A stretch of DNA of 59,140 nt, filler included, from Platydemus manokwari (taxonomy: Eukaryota): the NCBI GenBank assembly GCA_037951405.1. It is 5 parts of 5 records of this genome, joined end to end, with 100 filler letters (N's around TTAATTAATTAA, not from the genome) between each part and the next. Parts side by side here need not be neighbours in the genome. Positions count along the whole stretch, not along the records: positions 1 to 9,333 come from JBBMOY011263096.1; positions 9,434 to 19,413 come from JBBMOY011182211.1; 3 more parts are not named here. One strand, written 5' to 3'. Under the pieces are notes generated by a model. That model ran no database searches and was not told where the DNA came from. It saw only the letters and a program-made list of their open reading frames with translations. This document shows, in pieces, positions 1-12,360 of this stretch (the stretch's first letter is position 1; each line of letters starts with the position of its first letter). Made by a program: the position numbers and the translations under genes.

Positions 1-1159
1 AAAATTATAATTTTTCTATTTAAGTCATCTGTGATTCGCTGGTTGACAAGCTTGTATGGTTATGTAGGTGTGTCAATTATTAAATTGCTAAAACAAGGGT
101 TTCAAGGTACGAAATCGTTTTTCTTTTTCAGGATTTGGTCTTCACTCAACATACAAATAGATCTACTGACTAAAGAAAATCATTTGAAAAAAACATATGG
201 TTATATAATTACGTGAATTCCAGGATTTATCCCAATTAAATTCACGAATTTTAGATACAGAATGAGAGGTAGACATGCATGACGTGCGGAGCCTCAATAT
301 TATAGCTGCAGCTGTGAGGATTATATTTGTGATAAAAGGAGAGTAAAAAAAATCAGGGAGAAACAAATGTTTTTCGTATGTTTGCTTTTGTTTTAATTGT
401 AGACAATTTCTAGTACTTGGCACTTTGATACAGAAGTAGAGTAATGACATAAGCGAATATTTAATAAAAACTCCGAAATTATGGATGATCAACTGAGTTA
501 TAGTTATAGAAATAGACATTAATCGAGCTACTTTAAGATTTTGAATAATCGCTAATTATTTGTTTATTTATAATCTTACTTTTATAATTCTAATGAGATT
601 GGAATGAACCATTCAACTAAATTGATGAATTATATAACTTAAAGAATTAGTTTTCGTTAAACTTTCAGTAGTTCGCAGAGATACTAACAATTTTAAGTAG
701 TAATTATTACAGTTTTACTATCGAAGAAGTCAAAATGAAACCATATTTATAGTATTTATTTAGAGTGATGGATTAAAGTCGCCATTAGTTAGAATCCACA
801 GTGAGCTAACTATAGAATATTACAAATTAGAAATTTATTATATTCTCTAATATTTCATAATTTCTTAATTAATGTATCCGTCAAGTAAAAATTATTCCGT
901 AATATTTTAATATTGAATGTGGAAAATGTGGCATTTTTCATATTGATTTTCTATAGAAAGTCACTGGATCATAAAAGCAAGCCGGTAAAATTTTTTCTCG
1001 TTCTAATTTCACAGATGAAACTTTCAAATAACCCACAAAATAAATGTTAGAAGTATAAGTTGGAATAATAAAAAATTAATAATTCAATTTGAACATTATT
1101 TTCCATAATTACAAATTAGTACAATTTTTTGTTTTAATTTATTAATATTAAATAATAAA

Positions 1160-2467
1160 ATGCTGGTGACAAATTTTGAATTTAATGTTCCAAATAGTTG
1201 CTTGATATGCTACAATGAGGTAGCTGCGATTTACGGATTTTCAAAATGTTTATCTTCTCATTCTTTCTGTTTCGATTGTATGTTACAACTCTGCATAAAA
1301 TCCAATTCGGAAATTAAAAATCACTATGCTTGTCCAATCGATAAAATAGATGGCGTAATAGTCCGCAAAGAAGTAAACGCATGTTTAACTTACCCAAAAT
1401 TGAATAATCTTTATCTTTCCTATATCAGAAAAGAAATGATTAATGGTAAAGATATTCTATCAAATTTGACATCATATGACAAAAAATATAAGAGCTATAT
1501 ATCAATGTTGCATGAATTAATCAAATTTGAAGCCGAAAAGGGTTGGAAAAAACAACGGCCTGTTCAAATATATCCACATTTCGCCATAGATCTCGAAAAA
1601 TCTCGCGAGAACCTTTCACATATTTTCCACATATTTCGAGAATCGAAACCATTTGAAACGGTAATAGTGGGGGGAAATGTATTGTGGTTGCTTGAAGAAT
1701 TCACCGCTCACACTTTAAATAGGGTTAAAATAAATTCATTTGTTCGCCAATTGAAGATTGATGCAATTTCTCTTAACCATTTCAAGAGAAACGAATTCAT
1801 TCAAATCTATCCTTCATTCAAAAAGATACAATTTACAAGTTGTCTCGTTTGCTTTCAAGACATATTTTCTTCGGAATACGGTAAATTCAGAACATGTAAA
1901 CATAAATTGTGCTTAAATTGTTACCAACTGTTTATAGATAAATATGTTAGATGTCCCATTGATCAAGCTGATTTGATAATGAATAATCAAAATTCGGTGG
2001 AAATCTTTAATGAGCATTGTATAGCAGAAATATTGTTGTTGCAAGAGAAGGAAATTAACGATTTCTACGAAAATGATATGAAATACGTTGCTAGGTTGAC
2101 ATCAATTTCAGATGCGAGACAAAATTTCAGTTCAAAAGATCCATCGTTAGCAGATCCAGTTACGTTCATTAAAACCTTTCTAAAATATGACAATCAAGTC
2201 AACGATTGTGATTTTTATCTGGATTCTTTAACCAAATTAAAGAATTATAATGAAGATATTTACTTTAATATCTTTCAAAGACAACAATTTGAATACAATG
2301 TAACAAGACTCATTGGTAATCATTTCTTAAACAATTGGTTACTGTTACTGACCAAATGTATCAATATTTTGGATAAAGGGTTAATGGTGAATGCTGTGAA
2401 ATTGAAATTTCAACAAATCAAACAACTGGTGTACTTTATCAATCAGTCTAAAAATATTTTTCTCTAA
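1160..2467 (+). CDS. Intronless 435-aa protein with two RING-HC (C3HC3D) domains; putative E3 ubiquitin ligase
   Basis: Longest ORF in the window. RING1 CLIC-x12-C-x3-H-x2-C-x2-C-x17-CPID (nt 1199-1342). RING2 CLVC-x14-CKH-x2-C-x2-C-x10-CPID (nt 1841-1963). A-rich start context AAAATG; AATAAA at 2599-2604. Confidence 0.85.
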   Translation: MLVTNFEFNVPNSCLICYNEVAAIYGFSKCLSSHSFCFDCMLQLCIKSNSEIKNHYACPIDKIDGVIVRKEVNACLTYPKLNNLYLSYIRKEMINGKDILSNLTSYDKKYKSYISMLHELIKFEAEKGWKKQRPVQIYPHFAIDLEKSRENLSHIFHIFRESKPFETVIVGGNVLWLLEEFTAHTLNRVKINSFVRQLKIDAISLNHFKRNEFIQIYPSFKKIQFTSCLVCFQDIFSSEYGKFRTCKHKLCLNCYQLFIDKYVRCPIDQADLIMNNQNSVEIFNEHCIAEILLLQEKEINDFYENDMKYVARLTSISDARQNFSSKDPSLADPVTFIKTFLKYDNQVNDCDFYLDSLTKLKNYNEDIYFNIFQRQQFEYNVTRLIGNHFLNNWLLLLTKCINILDKGLMVNAVKLKFQQIKQLVYFINQSKNIFL

Positions 2468-2669
2468 TTCTATACGGATGAAATCCAAGCTTTTGAATTC
2501 TAAAATACTATTTTTGATTATTTTCATTTTGTTCACAATACTTGCTGATATTTTTCTTTTTTAAGTAATTTTTTAACTAAAATTTTTTCAAAATAGCTAA
2601 TAAATGGTCAATAATTGTTATCATGAGATATTTCAATTTTACATGTACATGTTATCATTACGACTTAGT

Positions 2670-4000
2670 GGTTTTATTTATTTAATTTAGTTTGATTTTA
2701 CTGAAATAAAAAACCCATTAGGAAAAGTAAGCTGATTCTCTACCAAAGTTTTTACATCTATTAAGAATATAGAAAAAGACATTGGTCTTCAACAAATCCA
2801 CATAGAGCATTGAGAGTTCTTTGTTCAAAATCCTAATCGTAAGGATAAAAATAACGACATAATTTGCTGGCAGTTGTTCTCGAGAGTTCACTCCTTTGCA
2901 TACATGTTGTGTGTATTGACTGGATGTGTTCCAGTTCTGCTTTACATTTGTTAGAACCGTCTGAAAACTAGCTTTTTACCTCTCGTGTTATAGGAGTATT
3001 TTGAAGTTCATGGCCCAATTTTAGTATTGTTACTATAATTACCAAAACTTAATATAAAAAATTATAATTGTAAAGTAAAACCAATTCAGTTAAGTTATTT
3101 GAGTATCTAAATGTTCATAGCTTTCTGTGCCGTATTTGACAATCAAAATTTAATCTGACATTGTAAAGCATTCTTCCGAAAGTATCTTCTTTCTTTCTTT
3201 GGAATTTTTGCATAAAAACAGATCACATAATGAATTCTGGATAATAGCTCGATAATTACATCGAACGATCTTAGGCTTGAAATCATGTACCAAAGCTACA
3301 AAAGTAGGAATACGAATATATAGCAATGTAAAATATAGTTGAAAACCAGTTTAAAAAAATATGTTCAAAAATATTATTGTAAAGCACAACGTTGTACTTT
3401 AAAATCATGCTGAGGGAACTGATGCGCCATACTGCTTGGTTTTTTCATCAAAATACCATTGATGTCTCTTTATATTAGACAATACATCCAGCTGGAAGAA
3501 CTATATCTTTAATCTAATGACCATTTTTATGAATGAAGTCTAATTTTTTCTGTCGATGGATATCGTAGACAAGTAGTATATTTTTAAATGTCGAAGATAT
3601 GTCATGGGATTCATAGTTTTGACTGCAGTAGGAATGTACAACTTAGAGATATTGATATTGAGAGATAGAATAATATTCAGCCATTTGCAAATAATAGTCT
3701 GAATATAAAATTTGTTGAACATACAAAACTGAAATTATTTGTAAAAATCACAAATTATCCAGACAGGTCATTAAACGTGGAAATGTTTTGTTAAAGCTTG
3801 AACATCTCAACTTGGAATAAATGAGACGCATGGTTTTGTTATGTCCCGGGAAAGTCTTCTGTGTTAAGCTGCTACCTTAACCATACTTTGGTTTTACGTA
3901 ATCATTCAAGTCACTGGAAGCTGAACAGATGTGAGCTAATTTCAAGACTAATCCAAAGTGGGTAGTATTTGCACTTTATTCATATCTCAAAACTCTGGTC
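2670..4000 (-). mobile_element. Decayed Penelope-like retroelement (RT + GIY-YIG endonuclease relic)
   Basis: Broken minus frames give motifs in the expected order: HFGL-LKL (cf. YGLPK), S*DVQAL (cf. SxDVxSL), FNKFYIQ..NPMTYLRH (ORF 3540-3722; cf. FNxxFYxQ..PxxYxRYVDD), KIG-TS-Y..TRGK (cf. YIG.T.R.L.TR), RESAYF..QTKLNK (cf. ESL.I...PxLN). Confidence 0.55.
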
Positions 4001-6989
4001 CAAATCACTGAACTTTTAGTAGAATTTTAAACTAGATTATTGCAGCCAAAAAGATGGAACCTTCATGATACCAAAATAGGCTAAAATTTATTTGAAACCA
4101 ATTTTAAATGATGGACAATAGTATCATTAAAATCCTATCATAAAGAGTTTAAAAGCAATGTGTAACAGTCAGTAAAATATTGAGTCCCAGACAAAAAGAG
4201 AATGATGCAGAATTTGAGGGTTGTATTCAATACAACATTTAATTTTATTTATTATAAAGTGAAAATTATTATCTCAACTAAGAATTGTGAGTATCAATGG
4301 ATAGCATCTTAAAAAATAATAAAATATTTAATAAGTGATATTACAAAATTTTCTAAATCGTTAAATATAATAATATTCTTTTGTTAAAGAAAGCTAAGAA
4401 CTTTTAGAGTCGTTAATAGGGTTTGATCACGTTGATAATTAGAATCTGTTATTTTCCATTAACAAAGTCAAAGAAAACCAATATAGGAAAAACAAAGCAA
4501 CTCAGAAAAAATAAAAGTGAAAACAAAGCCATCTAGTACACAGAACCCTTGATGAAGGAAAAATAGCTGTATAAGTGAAGTAAAGAAGAATATAAATGTA
4601 TTTAGTGGAATCTATTATAGAAATTAATGATAAATTTGGAGGATTTTAATTTGGCACAAGATTTTAATCAGAAGATTACCGTCATCCACTGTCAAACAGT
4701 TTGATTATTTTTCGAAAGCATCAGTTGTTGAAATGAATATTTCAGAAACCAACAATTTTAATCGTTAAATTTTTACTGTCTATTTATAATACTGTCAAGT
4801 ATATATTTTGGTTATATTTTGCGAAAATTAAAACAATCTCTATTTTTGTTTTTAAGTGCGATTTATCAATTTACTATGAGTTGGTACACGAGTGAATTTT
4901 TATCTTGAGTTTTTAAAATGAAACCCATAAATTACATTTTATTCCGAGTGTTGTAAAATGACTGTGTTCATTTCATTATCAATTGTCTTCTTTGATTTAT
5001 TTAATTGATTTGATTTCATACAAATATGTTCTTTTAATCCATCAAAACATTTATAATTAAGCTTGGATTTGTAATTTTTCGAAAATATCCATAGAGTTTC
5101 GAAACATATCAGCTTAAATAAATAAGCTTAATTTCATAAAATTAAAAAGTAGATAAGTTTGTAGCTACATGGAGTAAATATTCTTTAAAATTGTATCTCA
5201 CAAAATTGGTCTCCAGTGTAACAAAATCGCATATGATACTATTTAGTAATTTTTGAGCAATCAATGGCGTGACAAGAAATTATTTTGCATTATTTTATAT
5301 AATTAATTGTATTGGATTGCTTGATTATCTTATAAAAGTAGAGAATATAATTAGTCTTTAGTTGAACTATATCGAACAATATATGATTACCGTGAACAAT
5401 TACAGAAAAACATGAGTTATTAATAAGTACATTTAAAGCGTAAATTATGACGTAATAAACTAAAAATTACAGAAATATAAATATTTACAGACTTCTATTT
5501 AAATTGAAGTATTTTTTATTAAATGTATATTAAGACTTTTTAACATTAGAAAGTTATTCCATTTTTGTCATAATACATCCTTTTTTGTGGTAACACCTAT
5601 AATATTACGTAACACAAATCGATGTCGAATCGTCATGGCAAACGAAACATTATACTTCATAAATTATTCATAAATCAAAGTCATTTATTAGGTCATTAAA
5701 TGAACTGATCCGTCGTATTATGAGAACATTTTCACTACATCAAATTATTTAGATTGAATATACGAAAAGGTCATCACAAATTAACATTATAAAATTCCAG
5801 TTTTTGAAGAAAACTTTCGAAGAATTGCCAATTGGTTCTATGAATCATTCATCACTGTCTAATATTGCAGAATAACGACTAGGACTAAGAAATAAGCAAA
5901 CCGAATTTGATATTTGAATACTGATAATCAATTTAATTTGAATTTTGATTTTTAGTCGAAATCTTCTTTAGAGGAATAAATCGATTCAAATAGTTTATAT
6001 CTAGATCATGAAATGGCTGCTTCAAAGAACGCCATATTTGGTGATCCCAATGTTAACCAATCGAATGCACTTGATGGATTTCATTTCAGCAACGCCCAAT
6101 GACATGATTGATGTGTTTGTATGTAATATTGGTGTCTTGTTTAAATATTCGGCATTCATTTTTGTTTACTGATTTTAATCAAGGTATATTAGACAGATAA
6201 AGATTATTTCAAAATTATCTTATTATGATTAATTTACATCTAAAAACTTAATTGGTTTAATTGCAATTTAATTGGTTTGAAATTAATGAAGAGCGATTAG
6301 TTATGGTATTATTGGAAAGTTTTTAAAAATAATTTGACATTAAAAATTTGATAATTGGTGAAATTTATATTTGAATGATCACATTTTTTCAATTTTTAAT
6401 GAAATTATCTTTATAATAAAATGTATTGCCAAACGGTAAAGAATATTACAAGTTTCCACTGGTTTCTAATTTACATAATAACTATGAATTAAATCAAGTC
6501 ATCCATTTGCAAAGTATTGAACACGCTATTTATATAAATAATAGGTTAATATTAAACAAAGATCCTGAAATATTAATCAATATATGATTTTGGAATTATG
6601 AAAGGTTAACATTATCTTATCTTACAAATGAATAACGATTATTGATTTATTTAAAAAACTAATTTTAAATTCTTTGGAACTTCATATTTCTCATTTCTGT
6701 TAATTTATAATTATCCAAGTTATTATTACGATAACTGTAAAAACATTAAAAAAATTTTCCATTTTCAAATATTTTTAATGATTTCTACAAGGCCAAGATG
6801 AGGTGAATATTTTCAGATATATTTACAACTCATTAGGGATCGAATATATATATATATATATAGTATAATAATTAATCATTTATTCATTCACGAATAGATA
6901 GAGGTTCACATATATTACCATCTATGAAAGTATAAACAAATTTTGTTGTTGAACTTTCGCATCATACAAACAAGGTGAACGTCTAGACA

Positions 6990-7466
6990 ATGGATTTCGT
7001 TGATTTTTCATTCGATTACGATCTTTACCTTCAGATTGTTTCGAATAGAAATGGTTTAGAATTTATCTTGAAAGCTATCGCTTATGAAAGATATAATTGA
7101 TTCAACTTGGAAACCCTCAATGATGTGCTTCTGTCTCCTTTCGATCATCCAGCCGGCTTTATCATTGGGACAAAAACAAATTGTAACTCATTAACAGTTA
7201 TCCCATGCGCCATCCGATTATTCATCTTCTGCGTCATCTCTTGCCAGTCATGTCTATTAGATTTGTTGTGTACATCAAAAGGCAACTGCATCGGCTCTCT
7301 GAGCATGATGCAAATATCCAACCGTTGTGCAGAAGCGGCGCACTTCAAGCAACAATCATCATGATCCATTGAAAGTTGACATCCTTTCTTTCGATGTGTT
7401 AGGAAAATTATTCATAAAGGTACTCTACCGACTCGCATATTAATCATTGATAATGGACCGATCTAA
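6990..7466 (+). pseudogene. Intronless reading frame of unknown product, interrupted only by TGA codons (virus/Polinton-like relic?)
   Basis: ATG 6990 to TAA 7464-7466 in one frame, with in-frame TGA at 7098, 7362 and 7377 and no TAA/TAG. Includes ORF 7107-7364. GC-richer than the flanks. Confidence 0.3.
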
Positions 7467-7641
7467 TTCCCTACTCATAGATATGATCGCCACTCCACCC
7501 ACTTACGATGTTCGCTATATGACACACATGCGTGTGACCCCGAGCTCGTCCTGAATTTTCTGGCATACACAATCCACTGATTGCAGCGTTGATGCTGATT
7601 GGATGTTGTATAAATACGGCACTATATGGAGAAAACAATAA
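7453..7641 (+). pseudogene. Small ORF overlapping the end of the previous frame, with one in-frame TGA
   Basis: MDRSNSLLIDMIATPPTYDVRYMTHMRVTPSSS*IFWHTQSTDCSVDADWMLYKYGTIWRKQ; ATG 7453, TGA 7552, TAA 7639-7641. Confidence 0.3.
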
Positions 7642-7662
7642 TTTATTTCTTATTAAAAAATA

Positions 7663-8089
7663 ATGAATATCAGACGATACGACACAAAGAGCAGTTACGA
7701 CGAAAATTCCATGACAACCGGAAGTCGGTTTTCATCAGGTCAATCAGTCTCAAATTCTACAACGAACTCCAATAATATCTTATCATTCAAGAGTTCAATG
7801 CCTTCAACGATCTCCTCAACGAACACCACAGTCAATCCAAATCACAATTTAGTGTTCACATCGCTCACGAAATGCATTAAATGTAATCTAGCAATCGACG
7901 AAAAAGGAACGGACATCTGCTCAAAATGTAAGCAAATCAGTGGTTCCACATATGAATTCTGTAGAACAGCCACTTATCTTCATCGGAATTGGTAAATCAA
8001 TGATAGCAGACGAAATTAATGACAAAACGAAGAAAACCATATTAGATTTCTTCCACGAAGCCAATAACAATTATTTGAATATATTATGA
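7663..8089 (+). pseudogene. Ser/Thr-rich ORF with CxxC-x11-CxxC zinc ribbon, probably frameshifted near 7945
   Basis: ORF 7663-7995 contains CIKC...CSKC. The +1 frame continues with protein-like HMNSVEQPLIFIGIGKSMIADEINDKTKKTILDFFHEANNNYLNIL to TGA 8087-8089. Start context AAAAAATAATG. Confidence 0.4.
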
Positions 8090-9259
8090 GATTTTATTTT
8101 TATTTTATTTCTTTTATTGGTGTTGAATAAATGATTTACTTTCTTGATTGTAATCAATTCATTTGATGATATTTATTTTTTTTATCTTTTCCACGCTTGT
8201 TCACTTGAACTCGCTCCATTGAATTAAACCACTTGAAACCACATGTGAAAATTAATGTTGTAAGTAGCTGTATCGGGTACTTTATTACATAATTATAATG
8301 GAGACAATTTTTTCAATATAAAGACATAACATTCCGGTATGTCTGCAAAATATTACTAGACTTTATTTGCAAACAGTGAGTTCAATACCAGAACACCGAT
8401 TTGGTCTATCCTCGAGTTATTACGGTTTGACTTTCATTTGTGATAACAATACAATTAAAAGGTCATGACGATTTTTGGAATTAAATCAAATAGTTATTCA
8501 AAAACGGCTTATGTAAAATCCGCCGACCATTGCCAGGCAAAAGTATATTTTAAATGATGAGTCTGATGGTGACGTTTTCTAGACCCGTCAAGAGGACACT
8601 TAGTTTAAAGATTACAATATTAAGATAATTATAACGAGAGTTCAAGCCGATGATGACCTCGTTTGAGTTTGTGATGATCTTTAGCTTTTCATTCTATGAA
8701 AACAATAATCAAAATTTGAAATTTCGAAAATCGAAATTATTGACAAGAATATTTGCAGCAACAAGAAATTTACAAACAGTGCTTTGAAATTTCATTTTAT
8801 TATTTCGATTTTCTGAAATGAATAGCTGAGTTTCTTTCTCTCACTTTAAATTTCAATGTCCAGCATTGAATTCTGAAAATAATGCATGGGATTTAATCAA
8901 TTGGGGTTGAATTTAAGATTATATAAAACAGAAAACAAGTATTAGACTTTATCTGTCAAAAAAGATTGATTGGCTAATTAAAAATTTAAATCACTTAAAG
9001 ATAAAAAATTATCAACTTTCTACCAAAGTGACAAGAATAATTTATAAGTGATTATTATCGAAACGAGCTGACAGATGAACATACACAATAAAGTCGATTA
9101 TTCTGATGATCTACTCGATAGTTTCTTATTGCGATGCTGATATTACCAGGAGATTTATGTAATAACAAAATATTCATAGTAAAGTGACAGATTCCAAACA
9201 TTAATCTAATATTTATAAAAACAATTTGAAGGAAAAATGAAACTAATATGATAATCACA

Positions 9260-9261
<2 letters not shown>

Positions 9262-9333
<72 letters not shown>
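9262..9333. repeat. (ATT)n microsatellite running into assembly gap
   Basis: Direct reading. Confidence 0.95.
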
Positions 9334-9433
9334 NNNNNNNNNNNNNNNNNNNNNNNNNNNNNNNNNNNNNNNNNNNNTTAATTAATTAANNNNNNNNNNN
9401 NNNNNNNNNNNNNNNNNNNNNNNNNNNNNNNNN
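9334..9433. other. Assembly gap with artificial six-frame-stop linker
   Basis: 44 N + TTAATTAATTAA (9378-9389) + 44 N. Confidence 0.97.
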
Positions 9434-11959
9434 TATGCAAAATGTACTTTAAATAAATAAATATTTTTCAAAAAAAACCGAAATTTTAAGGTTATACACC
9501 TAATATATAAAAGACATTATTCTATTCTAAAAGATAATTTTCCTTTGTTGAAACTGAGATGAGAAATGTGTTGATAGAAATTAGAATGATATCATTTATG
9601 TTTATTATTTTCACTACCTAAAGTTCGATTTGCTTGACTCATTTTACTTCTGTGCATTTCAACAGAGCTATCAGCTTTATTGATTATATATTAGCATAAA
9701 GAAAATATCCAATTTATTACTAAAATTTGGATATGAATAAAAATTAAATTACAATATTCAAAAGTTTTCGAGCAATCTAAAATTCCTTTACTAAAATCTT
9801 TTTAAGAAAAATAACAGCTCAAACTTTATCCAAAGTGTCTTATTCAAAAAGGAATTAATGGGATGATTATTTATATTATTGACATCGTAGGCAGATTGGT
9901 AAAATACAGATATATGTAGGTTATAGATATGTTGCACGGTGTTTGTCTCCACCTCTCAAATGTCCAAGGCTTTTTATAATATATTTATATGTCATCTCGT
10001 ACGTATCTCTATTACTGATATTAATGTTGACAGATTCTGTGATACCCTTCAATCTGAATATAAGAACTAGAAAAACAAATTAGAACACAACAATCTCTGA
10101 ATGGGCCTCAAAATGTAGAGGTGGTTTGTTGCAGTCTCAACATCTTAACTTGAATCTCTATATAATTAAAGAGACTCATTAATATGCACAAAAGATGCTA
10201 TTTAACATAACAGAGAGCAATTCCAATAATTTATACTATCTTTCAACTTCATTTCATTAGAGAAAACCAGTATTCAATTCTCACCGTCTTTCGAACTGTT
10301 AACATTTCAGAGTTTCAAAGCCAAAACGCTACGTTAGCTATAAACAATGTCTGCGAGAAACCATTTTCTCAATTTCAAACCGTTGATTTATGAACATTAA
10401 TAAAAATAAGATTAAAAACCGCTGTGTAATGAAGCCAGTAATAGTGATTATCATCACTTTTTAATTTTTTTTCTATTCCAACGAACATTTGCTGTTTGAC
10501 ATGACTTGACTCGGTATATATCCTTGAAATTAATCATTACAAACTATGTTCCTGTGCTATAATATGGTCATTTGACAATCTTATTGTACCATGTTCAAAT
10601 TCCCCTAAAATATGATATGTAAAATAATATAATTTAATAACTTTTGTTCGTATTTTGTCGCCATACAAAAATAAGCATTACAGATAGTATAATCTTTGTC
10701 ACTGTTGTGATTAAATTGATTAAGGATAAAACATGTCCTAGAATGCTTAATGCTCACTCATAAAGTTTATTATATTTCATTAATAATTGCTCAGTTATTT
10801 CTCTATAACTGCTTTGTAACTGCTGTGCTCTAATTGGGATTTTATTTATAATAATTCTCTTAACCTCCCCTAAACAATTTTGATAATATGAGAAATGAGC
10901 AATGCTAATAGTGCTTGACTACTAATTATATTAATACAATGTAACCATTTCTCATAGGTAAAGGTATTGATTTAATAAGATTAAAAGTAAATGGAATTAG
11001 TAAGTTAATGAATTTATTAAATAAATATATTAAACCATTAAAAATAATTCAAGTAATTAAATTATAATCAATTAAAAGAACAAGAATTATAATTAAAATT
11101 GAATTTGTAAGAATTTAACTATGAATAATGTTGGGATTCTCAATCAATTAATTGAGTCTACTCAGTCCTTCAGCCAGATATAATCTAGCCAGTTACAATA
11201 TTGACAATTATAACGAAAATAAAATAAAACGAAACATAAAAACAATTTCATTCAGTATTTTAATTATTGATGTTTTATACTAACAAAAATTTAGCTATCG
11301 GTTATATTTTGATTGTGAGACTTGATTTTGAGATGATTTTAATGATTTTTTCGTATTTATAAATAACAATCTTTCACTAAATATAATTTATACCGTTTAA
11401 AATTGGTAGAAAAATAAAAAGAAGATGAATAAAATCAACAATGAAATTACAATGGTTGAGTTTCGGTTCTTAGACCGTTCAATCAGATACTGAATAATCG
11501 AACAAATGAGTTCGGATGAAATGATATTTAGTCTTGGTAAATTGAATGCCTTAATTGAATTCATAACTCAGTGATTAATACCACAAAATCACTGCAACGA
11601 TCCGTATTCACTAACAAGGTGTCAAATTATCACAGTTTTAATATTTATTCCTAGTGGTTCTGTGAAGCTTCGATAGCCGTTATGAAGACAAAACTCTTGG
11701 AATCCTTAGTTTATGATCTAAAGGTATAATATTGCTTTTAGTTTATGTGTCTGAGTTTCAGTGATTTATTTAAAATAACGCTAATTAACAATAATCGCAA
11801 CTCCAGAAATTTAATATTATTTACAATTTCTACACAAAGAAATGTACCGATTGTGCCTGTCTGATAACTATTGATAACTATATTCGTTATAACTATGGAA
11901 ATCACCATCAAAGAGAGTCGATACACACAGATTTAAGAAGAACATGTGCCAATAGCCAA

Positions 11960-12360
11960 TCAGATTATTCCGATCATCAATCCATATCAATCCAGTCGAT
12001 AATCAATTGGTGCATACCAACAACTGGCAACAAGAATCGAAATTCACAAATGACACGAGAGATACAAAAAAATTTTCTTATAGACCCACGTGTCAACAGC
12101 TCTATTGAATGAAGAGTGAACCTCTGGGAAATCAAGTGAACACACATGACAAGCCTATAAAGGGATTTTGGTTTCACGAGCATCTGCCAGTCTTTTTGGT
12201 TAGTAACTTCTACCCTGTGTGACTTTTACTTGATTTTTCTTGGCGGCTGTCTTCTGTTTTATTGGTTAACGTTTGAGTGCTGATCTCACTTTGGGTTGGT
12301 TTAGCGTGTTTTGAATGGTGTACAGTAAGTTTTGTAATTCTTGGTAATTTAAATTACAAT
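11960..12360 (+). mobile_element. Penelope-like GIY-YIG relic followed by T-rich pLTR-like tail
   Basis: Frame reads SIGAYQQLATRIEIHK (cf. YIGxTxRQLxTRIxEH), followed by a strongly T/G-rich tail at 12190-12360. Confidence 0.4.

Noticed and set aside
31-519. ORFs 31-216(+) and 163-519(-)
   Set aside because: No recognisable motif, splice structure or family; composition typical of chance AT-rich ORFs.
9378-9389. Palindromic TTAATTAATTAA repeated at four places (also 19458, 30371, 42779)
   Set aside because: Always centred in exactly 44+44 N; it is an artificial six-frame stop linker from scaffolding, not biology.
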